Counted from the first letter of the stretch, positions 13,205 through 26,123 are shown. The stretch: 64,000 nucleotides of DNA from Octopus sinensis (GCF_006345805.1 NC_043000.1:73780001-73844000), one strand, 5' to 3'. Numbers and translations: made by a program. Notes: a model not told the origin generated them from the sequence alone.

Positions 13205-13293
<89 letters not shown>

Positions 13294-13391
13294 TTTGTTT
13301 GTATATGTTTAATTTTTAATTTGGGGGCAACTTTTTATTTCAATAAAGTGTATGTGATATATATATGTATGTATATATGTATGTATGTATG

Positions 13392-13445
<54 letters not shown>

Positions 13446-13537
13446 ATAAAACGGTAAGATAACAAAAGAAAGAGACCTCAATATTATGTAAATAGAGGAA
13501 ATTTATCTATACAATATGTTACATTACTCGGTAGTCA

Positions 13538-13599
13538 AGATAAAACTCTGAGTTTCAGATGCCGAAGTGGAATCCACAACACCATCTCTTCGGTTATCT
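13538..13599 (-). ncRNA. Hammerhead-like ribozyme (variant core), left arm copy
   Basis: Reverse complement of 13612-13674. Confidence 0.5.
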
Positions 13600-13611
13600 G
13601 GCTAAATAGCC

Positions 13612-13674
13612 AGATAACCGAAGAGATGGTGTTGTGGATTTCCACTTCGGCATCTGAAACTCAGAGTTTTATCT
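13612..13674 (+). ncRNA. Hammerhead-like ribozyme (variant core CCGAAGA)
   Basis: AGATAA-CCGAAGA-GATG...CATC-T-GAAA-CTCAGAG-TT-TTATCT: 6 bp stem I, stem II, minimal stem III; U4C change and one extra base. Confidence 0.5.
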
Positions 13675-13696
13675 TGACTACCGATTAATGTAACAT

Positions 13697-13759
<63 letters not shown>

Positions 13760-13852
13760 ATATGTATGTATGTATGTATGTGCAGATTTTTATGTTTTAT
13801 GTATGTATACTCGTGCATATAGTTGCATATCTAGACATACTCATATATATTT

Positions 13853-14590
13853 AAATGATAAACTTCTGGAATGTTTTACAAATTTTTACAGTTCCAGTGA
13901 TGGATTGGATCTGTAGTCTTCGAATTAGCCTTCTCCTTTCTGGTTTTTAGAAGGCTAATTTCTCACGATTGGTATCTAGGCAGTGTGTTACATATCCCCG
14001 GGCCCCAATAATAACAGATAAAAACCTGAACTTGTAATCTGGATAGAGTAACTGCAGATTTCTCAGTAGTTCAGCATAGATGTTCTCTTTTTCACTAATC
14101 TTCTGCTTTATGTTAACATCCGCTGGGCAGCTAATTTCTACGACTACGCACAGTTTCTTTTCTCTATCCCAAATCATTATATCAGATCTATTGTGCTTAC
14201 ATTTTATTGAGGTCTTCACTGGTACATTCCACCAGTATTCCTTTTTGATAGCAAGTGGCTATGGTTTCTACCATATTTTGGGTTCTTTGTCCTTGGGATT
14301 ATCCTTCCAACAGATTTCATTATAGAGTGTCCTAGCTACAACAATATATCTCATCGGTAGATAATACCATGATGACATTTTCGAACAACTGCTTATGATG
14401 TGCGTGATATCTTCAGTGTGAACTCCACAAAGTCTGCATCAGTTGTCACATTTTACGGCTTTTCCTGCATCTCTATCCCTTTTGTGCATCAGGTACTTGG
14501 TTGGTATTTCTTGTTCCTGGATAGCAAACGCATACCCTTCAAATTGGGAGGTATTAATCCAGCTATTTTAGTCCATGATATACTGCTTTG
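13853..14590 (-). mobile_element. 3' fragment of an R4/NeSL-type non-LTR element (CCHC finger plus restriction-like endonuclease)
   Basis: Minus-strand CRLC...HIISSC motif, then WWNVPV..HNRSDIMIWD..VVEISCP..K..Y..L; followed by a (CATA)n/(TA)n tail. Confidence 0.8.
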
Positions 14591-14653
14591 ATGATCGATG
14601 TTACTATAATCACTGAAATTTCTACTGATATACCCATGCGTACATACACACGT

Positions 14654-15240
14654 ATGGATGGATGGATGGATGGATGGATGGATGGATGGATGGATGGATG
14701 GATGGATGGATGGATGGATGGATGGATGGATGGATGGATGGATGGATGGATGGATGGATGGATGGATGGATGCATCTATTAAAGAAATTTTTTTAAATGA
14801 TAAAAGCAAAAGGCTAAATGGATGTGTATGTGTAAAAGAATTCAGAACTGAGTATTTTCGCTATAATAGTTAAAGGTTAAAAGTTCAATTATTTTTGATG
14901 GTGGTTTGGTTGAAGTCTTTGTATTTATGTGTATGATTGTATGTATATGTATTTTTATTATGGGAAATTGTATACATACACACACACACGTGTGCACGTA
15001 TGTGTGTGTGATAGTGGGAGAGAGAATGATGGAAGAAGGAAATAAAATTTCTTGTTGCTTGTTCAAAAAAAAATATCTTTGCAATGGCACCCATTTTAAA
15101 AAATTTCTTTAATAAATGCATCCATCCATCCATCCATACATACATACATACATCCATCCATCCATCCATCCACCATCCATCCACACATACATACATACAT
15201 ACATACATACATACATACATACATACATACATACATACGT
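14654..15240. repeat. (GGAT)n and inverted (ATCC)n/(ATAC)n microsatellites with about 30 bp of inverted unique flank
   Basis: GATGCATCTATTAAAGAAATTTTT at about 14770 versus AAAAATTTCTTTAATAAATGCATC at about 15098. Confidence 0.75.
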
Positions 15241-16095
15241 ACGTACGTACGTACGTACGCATTCAGGTTTTGGACAAGCACAAACACATAGCCACACACA
15301 CACACACGGAGACATTTGGAGTCACACAGTGGTGCTAAATCCAGAAACATATAGCTAAGGAACAAAGTTCCTACCACACAGACAGGTCTGTGTCTTACAA
15401 CAGAGCTTATAGATAAAAAAAAATTATAAGTATATAACCAGCTTCCAAAAAATTCTAATTAATAATTATTATTAATTTGCATTTTGTGTATATCTCTTTT
15501 AGTGTAACAAAATGCAACAAAGTTGCATTTCTTTGGGACCTTGTTAAATTTCTTTCTGAGTTTTGCCAGAATATTTTTAAAAGGCATAGTTTAGATGAAG
15601 TTTGAATTTATAGTTTAACAACACCCAAGTTGATTTCGGTGAGAAATAATGTTTTCCCTTGTTTTTCTTTTTTCTTTTGCTATCAACTAATCTCATCAAA
15701 TATACTACAAAGACCTTTTCCCACTGAAATCGGAGTGGGGTGGGCCCTCAGAATCCTCCTCTCACCTCAGAGTTATATATTTCTGTGGGATGACGTCAGC
15801 AGCTGGGTGCACTGACCGGAGGTTGGGGCAACCAGAAGGGGCAGCCGTGAGGCGCGCGTAGGGAGCGGCGATTTCGGCCTTTTCGAACCAGGGTCATCGA
15901 CGTGTCGAGACGGGGGAAGACGTTGCTAAGGTTGGGTGAAGCAGCTGCTATCTTTAGCACTCGGGTCGGAGCTGTGTCGAAGGATCCGTTACCACTGAAG
16001 GGCTCCCTCGGAGCGAAGAGAAGGTAGGTGCCTTTATATTCGAATCGCGCACACACTACAAGCTATTTCGGCGCTCCACATAAGTCGTCACCACG

Positions 16096-16842
16096 ATGTC
16101 TGCGAAAATCAGGATCGCCAGCGACATCATCAGACCCTTCAATGGTGAAGGCGATGTAGTGGCCTGGATTCGTAAAATCAGGCTGGTGGCAAGACTGCAA
16201 GGTATAAGCGATGTGGCAAGTCTTATGTCGCTGTATTTAGAAGGGAGCGCGTTAACGCTATACCTTGAGATAGAGGATGAGGAACGCCTGAGCGAGGAAA
16301 AAATAGAGCAACGATTGCGGGATGCCTACACAGAATGTGAATACACAGCTTTTGCTAAGCTGGGTACGATTCGGTGGACAGGATGACAAGTGGACGAGTA
16401 CGCGGCAGAAGTTAGAAGGTTAGCGACGCTGGCTGGGTTTACGGGAGAAGGGCTGGAGAGAGCGGCGCGACTGGCCTTTGTAAATGGGTTCCCCGACGAT
16501 GTAGGGATTCACCTACAACGATTGCCCGGGATTAAAAAGATGGCGCTGAGCGAACTGGTGACTCAAGACCGCGTGTTGACGCGACACTCTGGGCGGAAGG
16601 CGATTGCGATGGCGGTGACGGAGGTGCTTAAAGACGGACGACGACCGGAGAAAGACGTACAGAAGCGGCCGTTCACAGGTCGGTGCTTTAGATGCCAGGG
16701 GTCGCACATGGCGCGGGACTGTACGCAACCGGGGCCCGTTTGCTATCGATGCAGGCAGACAGGGCACATCGCCCGTGATTGCGACCAGGGAAACGACCGC
16801 GAAGAAGTTGCTGCTTCTCGAACTTTCCCCGCAAACGAGTAG
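16096..16842 (+). pseudogene. Gypsy gag with premature stop
   Basis: CFRCQGSHMARDC and CYRCRQTGHIARDC. Confidence 0.85.
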
Positions 16843-19286
16843 AGGCGCTATTGGAGACGCTGCCATTAATTGACGTGGAGGCTTACACCATCGAGGACAA
16901 AGATTTTCAGGCGGCGTTCGGTGGTCAGTGGTGGACGATAGAGTGGCGATGGAAGGACGAGCCCGCGACGCTGGAAAACAGGGTGAGCTGTTACCAGCAT
17001 ACCCTGAAAGGCCACGCCAGGGTTGAGTTTGAAGACGAGGTGGAGAGGTGGATCGAGGAAGGGGTCCTTGTCCCTTGGGAGGAGGAGGTAGTGGATGGAG
17101 TGCTACCCCTGATGGCGGTGGTGCAGCCTACGATGGGAAAAGTCAGACCAGTATTGGACTTCAGGGAGCTAAAACAGCATATATCGTGTCTCACGGGAGG
17201 TGAGGCGACAGACATTTGTGGCGAGAGTTACGTGCGTGGAGACAGTCGACCGAGGCAGCGACGATTGTCGACTTGAAATCGGCATGCTTGCAGCTCCAAG
17301 TGAGCGACAAACTGTGGCGATATCAGCTGGTGCGGTACAAAGGCCGGACGTACTGTTTAACCAGGCTAGTTTTCGGGCTGAATTCCGCACCGAAGATCAT
17401 GGCGGCAGTCCGTCCTAGGGAAAGACGACAAGATTAGAAAGGCCACCAGCTCCTACATTGACGACATTTTGGTCGACGAAACTGTAGTGCCAGCCAACGA
17501 GGTAGTTAGACATCTGGAGAAGTTCGGACTGATTGCGAAGCCACCGGAGTCGATGGAAGGGGGAGCCGCGCTGGGGCTGAAGCTGCGAAGAGATAGATCA
17601 GGTGAATTGGTGTTCCGGAGAGGGAATGAAATCCCAGAGCTGAGTTCCAGTGTCAGCAGGAGAGAACTGTTCTCGGTGTGTGGGAAGTTGGTCGGTCACT
17701 ACCCGATCGCTGGATGGCTGCGTACGGCGTGTAATTACACCAAGAGATGAGCAGAGGGAGAGAGTTGGGGCGACAAGCTGGGAGAAGGGACGGTGGCGAT
17801 GATGCAGAAAATCCTAGAGAGGACGAGAGCGGAAGACCTGGTCAGGGGGAACTGGTACGTGCCCAAAACAGAATGCGGGACCGTCTGGTGTGATGCTAGC
17901 AGTATAGCGATAGGGGTTGTGTTGGCAATCGAAGGAGCTGCGGTGGAGGACGCGGTCTGGCTTCGGGAAGCAGATGATTTCAACCACATCAATGTCGCCG
18001 AATTAGACGCGGTGTTGAAAGGGGTGAACTTGGCCCTGAAATGGGGATGCGCACAATTGAAATCCGGACGGATTCGGCCACTGTGCTTGGCTGGGTAGGA
18101 TCAGTGATCACCGGTGAAAGGAGAGTGCAGACGAAAGGTGCCGCTGAGATGTTAGTGAAGCGCCGTCTAGGAGTTCTAGGTGAATTAATCGCCGAGTTCG
18201 GACTGAAGCTGAATGTGGTTTTCGTGCCTTCGGAGAAAAACAGGGCGGACGCACTGACCAGGGTGAAAAGAGCGTGGTTGAAAGAACCGGAGGAGGCCCG
18301 GAAAGGGATAGCTGCGGCGTGTCGGTTGGATGACTCCGAACTGAAGAGACTGCATGCTATGCATCACCTGGGTGTGGACAGGACCCTGTATCTGGCGAAG
18401 AAAATTGATGCTGACGTCATTAGGAGAAGCATCCGAAAGGTGGTCCGCAGCTGCGACAGGTGTCAGTCCATCGACCCTGCTCCGTGTGGGCATGAGCAGG
18501 GAAGCCTTTCGGTGGAGCAGAACTGGAAAAGGCTAGCTGTGGATGTGACACACTACCGTCAGGGAATGTACCTCTCCATGGTCGACTGCGGGCCAGGCCG
18601 GCTGGCCATTTGGAGGGAGTTGAGAACGGCATTGCTGACGAGATCGCGCAGATCCTGAACGGGATATTTTTAGAGAGAGGTCCCGTGGAAGAACTACTGA
18701 TGGACAAGGGGGCGGAGTTTCGTTCGAAAGCATTGAGGGTTATGCTTGATCGGTGGAATGTGCGTCGCTTGTTCAGAGCAGCGTATAGGCCAAGCGGTAA
18801 CGGGATCGTGGAGAGGCACCATTGGACAGTCAAGGCCATAGCGGAAAGAGGGCACATTTTGCCGCTGGAAGCAGTTTTTTGGTACAACTTGTCTCCCCGA
18901 TCCGGACAAGCTGAGGAATCTGTGCCGCAGAGAGCTGTATTCAAATATGAATGGAGGTACCCGAGCAAAGCGCCAGAGGGTCACGAGGAAAAGAAGGGAC
19001 CCGTTTGCGTGAAAATAGGGGAGGAAGTCTGGGTTAAGCCACCAAAGGCGAGCTGTACGTCTAATGGAGCAGAGGAACGGTGACGGCGGTCAATTCCAGA
19101 AACAACGTCTCCGTGGATGGAATGCCGCGACACGTCTTGGACCTTCGCAGGATTGTCGCTTCGACGGACGACGATTCTGGAGAGGGGGAGAACGAGGTGC
19201 CCAGCTTGAGAAGATCTCGACGCGCAAGACGCCCTCCCGGTTGGATGGTGGACTACGACATGGAGCGGAGAGATTGTGATCTTTAA
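16843..19286 (+). pseudogene. Gypsy pol (RT-RH-INT), frameshifted, no protease motif seen
   Basis: KVRPVLDFRELK, FGLNSAP, WCDAS, HHLG..CDRC, VDVTH, GNGIVER. Confidence 0.85.
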
Positions 19287-19576
19287 GATCAGGGTGGCGT
19301 GTGGGATGACGTCAGCAGCTGGGTGCGCTGACCGGAAGTAAGGGTAACCAGAAGGGGCAGCCGTGAGACGCGCGTAGGGAGCGGCGATTTCGGCCTTTTC
19401 GAACCGGGGTCGTCGACGTGTCGAGACGGGGGAAGACGTTGCTAAGGTTGGGTGAAGCAGCTGCTATTTTTAGCGTTCGGGTCGGGGCTGTGTCGAAGGA
19501 TCCGTTACCACTGAAGGGCTCCCTCGGAGCGAAGAGAAGGTAGGTGCCTTTATATTCGAATCGCGCACACACTACA

Positions 19577-19765
19577 GTTTCTTCGTTTTCTTTTTCGCGT
19601 ACTATCAACTAATTTCAGCTCCTAGTATATTGCAAAGGACTTTTTCCCCCTTTGCGGTGTATTAGGAGGTCAGAATAGTGGCTGTTTTTTATTCCTAATA
19701 ACTGCTGTTTTTAGTATACTAAACAACCACGTTAAGGACCGGCCACCTTTGAGTTTATTTGTTGT
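19577..19765. repeat. Dispersed repeat also present at 15650-15725 and 23761-25345
   Basis: Shared CTATCAACTAAT...CCTTTGCGG...ATAACTGCT..TAGTATACTAAAC...CACGTTAAGGAC. Confidence 0.75.
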
Positions 19766-19876
19766 TTTACACAGCAAATTCCGATATAATCGTAATCTAC
19801 ACCATCTGAGACGTACATGTAGAAAATTTTATTAACAAATTATCCATGTTTCAGAAAGTTACCACACACACACATG

Positions 19877-19943
<67 letters not shown>

Positions 19944-19949
<6 letters not shown>

Positions 19950-20195
19950 GTTTTTGTGGCTGGACGCCCCTCCTAACGCCACCACTTTACAGAGTGGACG
20001 GAGTGTTTTTAAGTGGCATTGTACGGGAGCATGGTTCTAATGGCTGAATAACCTTCCTAACACCATCACTTCACGGCGTCGATTGAGTGCTTTTACGTGG
20101 AACCACACAGAAGCATTGTTTCAACGGCTGGATACCCTTCCTAATACCACCACTTTACAGTATGGACAGGATGCTTTTACGTGACACCAACACAG
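19944..20195. repeat. About 3 tandem ~80 bp units related to the RTE 3' UTR
   Basis: Repeated GGCTGGA..CCCTTCCTAA..CCACCACTTTACAG..GGAC..GTGCTTTTACGTG; similar to 32055-32100. Confidence 0.65.
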
Positions 20196-20271
20196 TGCCA
20201 TATATATATATATATATATAATTTTTATTTTATTTTATCTAGTTTCAGCTTACGAGCTGTGGCATGCTGGG

Positions 20272-20315
<44 letters not shown>

Positions 20316-20326
20316 ACACACACACG

Positions 20327-20361
<35 letters not shown>

Positions 20362-22148
20362 TGTTATGTGTAGTTTCGTTCTAATGGGATAGACAACTCA
20401 AATGAAAGCCATTGTTATTGTTTTACGTGTTTATTTACTTTTCATGTTACACGAACAGTCAACATTCGGCATTTATACTTTAGACACAGTTCGTACTGTT
20501 CTAACAAAATAGTGCCAAAAGTGGGGATGTATTCTACATACGTATACCTGCGTATACACATAGATATAACTGTGTAACATCCCTTCTTCTTGAAAAGAAA
20601 TAAAGGGGTCTTTTGGCAGTGAAGACAAACACAAGTAGTCTCCCTTACTCTAATGGATTGTCACCGCGAGGTGGCAATCCTGCAGCAGTTTCGTGAGATT
20701 ATTCTGCCTCTGCTTTGTAATCTAACTGAATTAGTTACTTATCTTTTCATTTTCTTTTTTTTTTTTCTTTAACAGTATCGAACCGGTGGCAGAATGTTCT
20801 TTCTCCATCTGGTGGATCTTGTGCTTCGCACCGGTGTCTGGGGTGTGTTGTTGGGCTGCTGATGGGTGGTTGGTGCCCGTTGGGGTGATGATTCTGTGGG
20901 TGTTGTCACTGATGCAGCAGGTGTTGTACACGTTGTCCTCGACAGCTTTGGTGTTGGACGGATGTGGGCCCTGTTGCGTCTCAGCTGCCTACCAGATTCC
21001 GTTTCTATTATATACGATCTTGGAGTTTCAGCTCTACTGTCAACCTGTGCTGGAATCCATGTTTTAGTTATGGGATCTTGAGTATGTACATGTTGTCCTC
21101 CAAGTATCTCAGGTATTGTGCATGTTTGTTGTAATGTTTCTGTGATTGTTCTTGAGTGGCTGCTAGCTTTGCCCTTGTCTCTTCCTGGTCAATAGGAGGT
21201 TGGATCTTAGTTGGCAGGCTAGTTTTGTACTGTGCCTAGATACAATATATACACTGCTGCCTAGTGAGCTTGTTTGTAAGGTAAGTGAGGCCATTTGTTT
21301 GGTAGTGGCTTCGAATGTTCTTGCATTGTTACCTATGGGGGATTTCTGAACTTCTTTATGAGCACACCTCCATATTAATTGATCAACAATTCTTTCGTCC
21401 TTATCTTTGAATTTGCATTTTTCGGCAACATTCTTTAGTCTGGACAGGAAATTGTCAATCGTTTCTTGTGGGTCTTGTTTCAGGCCCTGGAATTCGTATC
21501 TGTGAATTCTATGGTTCGATCTGGGCTCTAGGTGCCTTTCAAATTTCTCTGAAAGTGTGTCTGGGTTATTGCAATCTGATTCCGACATGTCCCAGCTATT
21601 GAATAGGTCTAGACCCTTCTCGCCCGTCCATAAAAGGATATAGCTTACCTTTTCATCTTCAGTTGTGCCTTTCAGGAAACTTTTGAAAGCTAGTTGAGTT
21701 TTCTGTTTGAATTTCTTGAACGCTTCTACGATATCACCGGAGTCCCAGTTCATGATCGGATGTAGATTCATCTGTACGGCGACGGGGGTCGCCATTTTGG
21801 ATTCTCGTGTATGTGTGTCCGAAGACGAAGCGATGTTTTGTTTGTTAAATTTCTGGTTCGTTGCGTTTCTGTTTTGTTGTAAAGGCACAGTTTCCGATTA
21901 ATTATTTACCGCTGCCACCATGTTATGTGTAGTTTCGTTCTAATGGGATAGACAACTCAAATGAAAGCCATTGTTATTGTTTTACGTGTTTATTTACTTT
22001 TCATGTTACACGAACTGTCGACATTCGGCGTAGTGATACATTTATACTTTAGACACAGTTCGTACTGTTCTAACAAAATAGTGCCAAAAGTGGGGATGTA
22101 TTCTACATACGTATACCTGCGTATACACATAGATATAAATGTGTAACA
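20362..22148 (-). mobile_element. Small non-autonomous LTR element carrying only gag
   Basis: LTRs 20362-20579 and 21921-22148 (TG...CA); PBS TGGTGGCAGCGGT at 21908-21920 (tRNA-Leu type); PPT AAGAAGAAGGGA at 20580-20591; inserted in a (TA)n tract. Confidence 0.88.
21163..21888 (-). CDS. Gypsy-type gag (capsid) ORF, likely truncated
   Basis: FKKFKQK..LLWTGEKGLDLF..FERHLEP..RYEF..QDPQETIDNFLSRLK..AEKCKF..IVDQLI. Confidence 0.75.
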   Translation of the reverse strand: MPLQQNRNATNQKFNKQNIASSSDTHTRESKMATPVAVQMNLHPIMNWDSGDIVEAFKKFKQKTQLAFKSFLKGTTEDEKVSYILLWTGEKGLDLFNSWDMSESDCNNPDTLSEKFERHLEPRSNHRIHRYEFQGLKQDPQETIDNFLSRLKNVAEKCKFKDKDERIVDQLIWRCAHKEVQKSPIGNNARTFEATTKQMASLTLQTSSLGSSVYIVSRHSTKLACQLRSNLLLTRKRQGQS

Positions 22149-23760
22149 TATATATATACGTATATATATACATATATATGTATTATATATATACACACAC
22201 ATACACATACATACACACATATACATCATATACATACATATACATATACGAGCAAAACGCCCTCCGTCCAATGGATGGTGCTGAGTTGTCAAACATTTAA
22301 ACCAAATTTTCTCAAAACAACTTGTCCGACCGTCCCATAAGCCTCCCCTTTGAGAAACACTGATTTAACCTAAATTTGAGACACCAGCAAAAGAAGAAAT
22401 AAAGATAGACTTTTTTCTATTCCAAAGAAAAATGATTTTATTCACACAAATATACAACCGAAGAGTTTAAAGTACCAGCAATGATAAGGCTGTTGATTGG
22501 GAGAACACAAATATGGTTTAAACAGTAAGCTTGGCAGGAAAGAAACGTGCCTTTAAGCAGTACAAAAACAACAAAAAATGGAAGGTGCAGTTATATACAG
22601 GTTGACGGAAGAAAAGCAGGACAAAAACGATGCATGCGAATGGGTTAGCTGGCGGTAAATTTATATGGAAAAGCATGATGAATTTATGACAATAATGGGA
22701 CAATAATGAGTTTAGTGCATTTTTCTCGCGTACGTGTAGTATCGATCGCAACAGCTGATGTACTTGCGCGTACAAATGCAAGTTCCCACGGCTTTATCGA
22801 TCGCATTCTCACCTGGAATCGATTTTTGTAATTTTTTCAAGACTTATACACGCCCTGATACCGTCGGTATCTACATATCAAATTTGAGCGCAATCTAATG
22901 GAGGATGCCCGAGATCCTTGAAGACACACACGCAGCCAGACAGAATGGATTTTATGTAAAAGATATACATATGTAGTGGATCTTGCATGCATGAAGTGGA
23001 TTCGATCCACCATAGCCAAATTTAAATTAACGCTGGGACAGAACTGTTCCCATGGTGAAACAATGGTTTTTCTCTGATAGCAATCGTACATCTTTCAGAC
23101 GCCTTTAGCTAGGCCGAAATAATGTCTTCACCACTTGACCCTTTCTAACCCCTTCTACTTCACCAAAAGCGAGAATAGAGATAACAAGACCACCAACTAA
23201 ATCTATTGTTTTCAATGGTATGTCTATCCTTCTGGATAGTTATATAAGCCAGCACTTCCCAAGCAAAAATCAGTTCGTCACAGTCGTGACGACTCGACGG
23301 AGTTAGTCACAGTCAGTGACGACTCAATGAGGTCTGGCTGACCAACTTTGGTCAGAGGGAGAAAGCAACTGCGAGACAAGACCCTACAATTCTCTCTAGC
23401 TCTAATTCTGTTCTCTTACAACATCATTCTATGTCTCCGCAATTACTACTAAACAATGAAGAGGACACAAACACAAACTTTACTTCGCATGCTTTTGGAT
23501 TTATCATAACCTGTCCGTCGAGGCAAGGTATTGTAGCGTAACGGTAAATAAATATTTTCTTAAAACATCATGCATTGTTCATCTTTCCCATCATACAACT
23601 TGTTATAAGAATAACTTTTTATCGTTGCATTTGCTGACCACAACATTTCATAATATTGTGTACCAAATCAATTAATGCCGTTACACATACATACGTACAC
23701 ACACACACACACACATATTATATATACACACATTATATACAGACATATGTACACACACAC

Positions 23761-25176
23761 ACACACATTATACTCTGTTTTAAATAGACTGAAAGGCAGC
23801 TTGTCCTTAACGTGGCGTTTAGTATACTAGAAATAGCAGTTATTAAACATACTGTTACGAAACGGACGGAATCGCCCGCCGTCGTCGCTCGCCCCGAACG
23901 GCTCACAAGTTCGCCACGGAACCCAAAGAGGAGAGAGGAGAGATACAACAACAACCACAACCGCAGCAGCACAGAGATACAGAGGCACAACCCAGAGAGA
24001 CACCCAAAAGAGGCACAGAGGCAACAGAGACACTGGCTTATATTTAACAACAGTTTATACGACAATCAATGGTTACAACATCAAATACATTTAAGGCAGA
24101 CATTTAAAGGAAGACATGCACGTGACTACTCAATACATCATACAACAGATCAAAGCATAATACAACAGCAATTCAAGAGTACAATTTAAAGTTCACGTCC
24201 GAAGACAACAGTTCTCTAAAGTCTCTTCCTAAACATCACAGATAAAGTCACATCAACAAGTCCTTTACTCAATTCTGAACATAAATACCACAACTCGATA
24301 ATCGACATATCGACAGAGTCCTTGACTGTTCTCTTCACTGTTCAATACACCGTGACACATATCAATGCACAACACATACCTCAATTCCTAATTGAATCTG
24401 CCAGTGTCCCATTCCTCTCAATACTGCTAAATCCTCTGAATACTGCTAATTCCCTTCTGTGCCGCCAAGCGTTCTCGCATCCAACTTGCTCCTAAAATTC
24501 CAACGCTTCTAAGATTCCATCTACTCGCTCTGACCTCCAGAATCCGACTGTCTTCTTCGAGGACCGGCCAGCGACTGCAAGATCCGTCTGTGTTCTTCGA
24601 CGACCGCTCAACAACTGCCAGACCTCACTTCGTCTCTGTCCTTCTTCCACTACCTCATCTCCCTCTGTCTATATCGCTCTTACCCTTTCTAACTGCTCTC
24701 TTAGCCTTATACTCTATCTCTATTCTCAATCTGTCCCTTACTGCTCTCTTAGCCTTTCTATTTGCTATCTGATTCCTTACTCTATCTATATCGCCTCAAT
24801 CTATTACCCTCTCCATCTGTTCTTAGATTCCCTTAATCTGTCCTCCTCTCTCACTGCTCACTGACCCTCTTCTCAGCCGCACGAGGTCACAGGTCATTCC
24901 AAAACCCATCAGTCCTCCATTAGACAAAAGACTGTCACATTTTCACCAGACATGATGGTGCCATTATTCCTATGTGGGTCATAAACACTGCACTAGTTAA
25001 ACCCGTAACAATACAAAACAGCCACGATTCTAATCACTTAATATGCCGCAAAGGAGGAAAAAAGTCCTCTGCAGTATATTGGGAAGCGAGATTAGTTGAT
25101 AGCACCTGAAAACAAAGCAAGGGGAAAAAAATAACTCCGAGGTGGCAGGGAGGGGATTTGTATGTATTTCTGCATG

Positions 25177-25210
<34 letters not shown>

Positions 25211-25342
25211 CACACACATATATTTTTTCTCCTTTGCGGCATATTAAGTGATCAGAATCGTGGGTGTTTTTTTATGTTTAATAACTGCTATTTCTAGTAT
25301 ACTAAACGACACGTTAAGGACAAGCTGCCTTTCAGTTTATTT
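23761..25342. repeat. Fold-back element (arms about 120-150 bp) interrupted by a solo LTR
   Basis: 23761-23852 plus 25015-25062 is the reverse complement of 25224-25342. Confidence 0.85.
23853..25010. mobile_element. Solo LTR-like insertion (1158 bp)
   Basis: Termini TGTTACG...CGTAACA; 4 bp TSD ATAC at 23849-23852 and 25011-25014. Confidence 0.85.
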
Positions 25343-25383
25343 AAAACAGAGTATAATATGTGTGCGTGCGTGTGTGTGTGTGT

Positions 25384-25420
<37 letters not shown>

Positions 25421-25421
<1 letters not shown>

Positions 25422-25614
25422 TAGGTGCAGGCGTGGCTGTGTGGTAAGAAGCTTGCTTACCAAGAAGAAGCTTGTGTGGTAAGAAACTTGCTTACATAGT
25501 TCCGGGTTCAGTCCTGCTGCATGGCACCTTGGGCAAGTGTTTTCTGCTATAGCCTCAGGCCGACCAAAGCTTTGTGAGTGGATCTGGTAGACGGAAACTG
25601 AAAGAAGCCCATTG

Positions 25615-25655
<41 letters not shown>

Positions 25656-25830
25656 TTATCCCCTCACCATCGATCGCTTGATAACTGATGTTAGTGTGTT
25701 TACATCCCCGTAACTTAGTGGTTCGGCACAAGAGACCGATAGAATAAGTACTAGGCTTACAAAGAATAAGTCCTGGGGTCGATTTGTTTGACTAAAGACG
25801 GTGGAACAAATAAAAGAAAGGAATAAAAGA
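25421..25830 (+). mobile_element. tRNA-derived SINE, family A, with internal (TA)/(TG) microsatellite
   Basis: Box A TGGCTGTGTGG, box B GGTTCAGTCC, CCTTGGGCAAGT core; four further copies in the window. Confidence 0.85.
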
Positions 25831-26080
25831 ATATATATTATTCAATAAACATAATACATGTATTTATGTGTTATTATTAGTTTCATGTGTGTAATAAACT
25901 TATTCATTATGACATGAGGGTAGTGTGTATGATTTAAGACACTATACTTGTTAAAAACACTGTTTGGTATGCTCTCATCTCATGAAACTAATAGTAGCAC
26001 ATAATACATATATAGTGTTTATTAAATAACATTTAACTCTCATCAGGATTACTTTTTTTACCATCTCGGAACAGTACACC

Positions 26081-26123
<43 letters not shown>

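Larger units (their letters stand above)
13508..13704. repeat. Near-perfect palindrome (97/98 bp arms, 2 nt loop) between (TA)n tracts
   Basis: 13508-13604 is the reverse complement of 13607-13704. Confidence 0.95.
15784..19576 (+). mobile_element. Ty3/Gypsy LTR retrotransposon, degenerate
   Basis: 277 bp LTRs at 15784-16060 and 19300-19576 (TG...CA); flanks ATTTC/GTTTC; gag with two CCHC knuckles; RT (YIDD near 17455), RNase H (CDAS), integrase (HHCC, D-D-E, GNGIVER). Confidence 0.93.

Noticed and set aside
12630-15377. Many ORFs rich in YI, CV, MDGW, HPSI (also at 37-41 kb and 60-62 kb)
   Set aside because: Translations of microsatellites, not genes
22780-22970. Possible Helitron-like non-autonomous remnants (also about 27470-27640 and 60356-60392)
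   Set aside because: Only loose motif resemblance; boundaries cannot be defined by eye
25838-26050. Short inverted repeat with CAT-GAAA-CTAATAG-TA half-hammerhead and a CTGATGA on the minus strand
   Set aside because: The two core halves cannot be joined with consistent stems I and II
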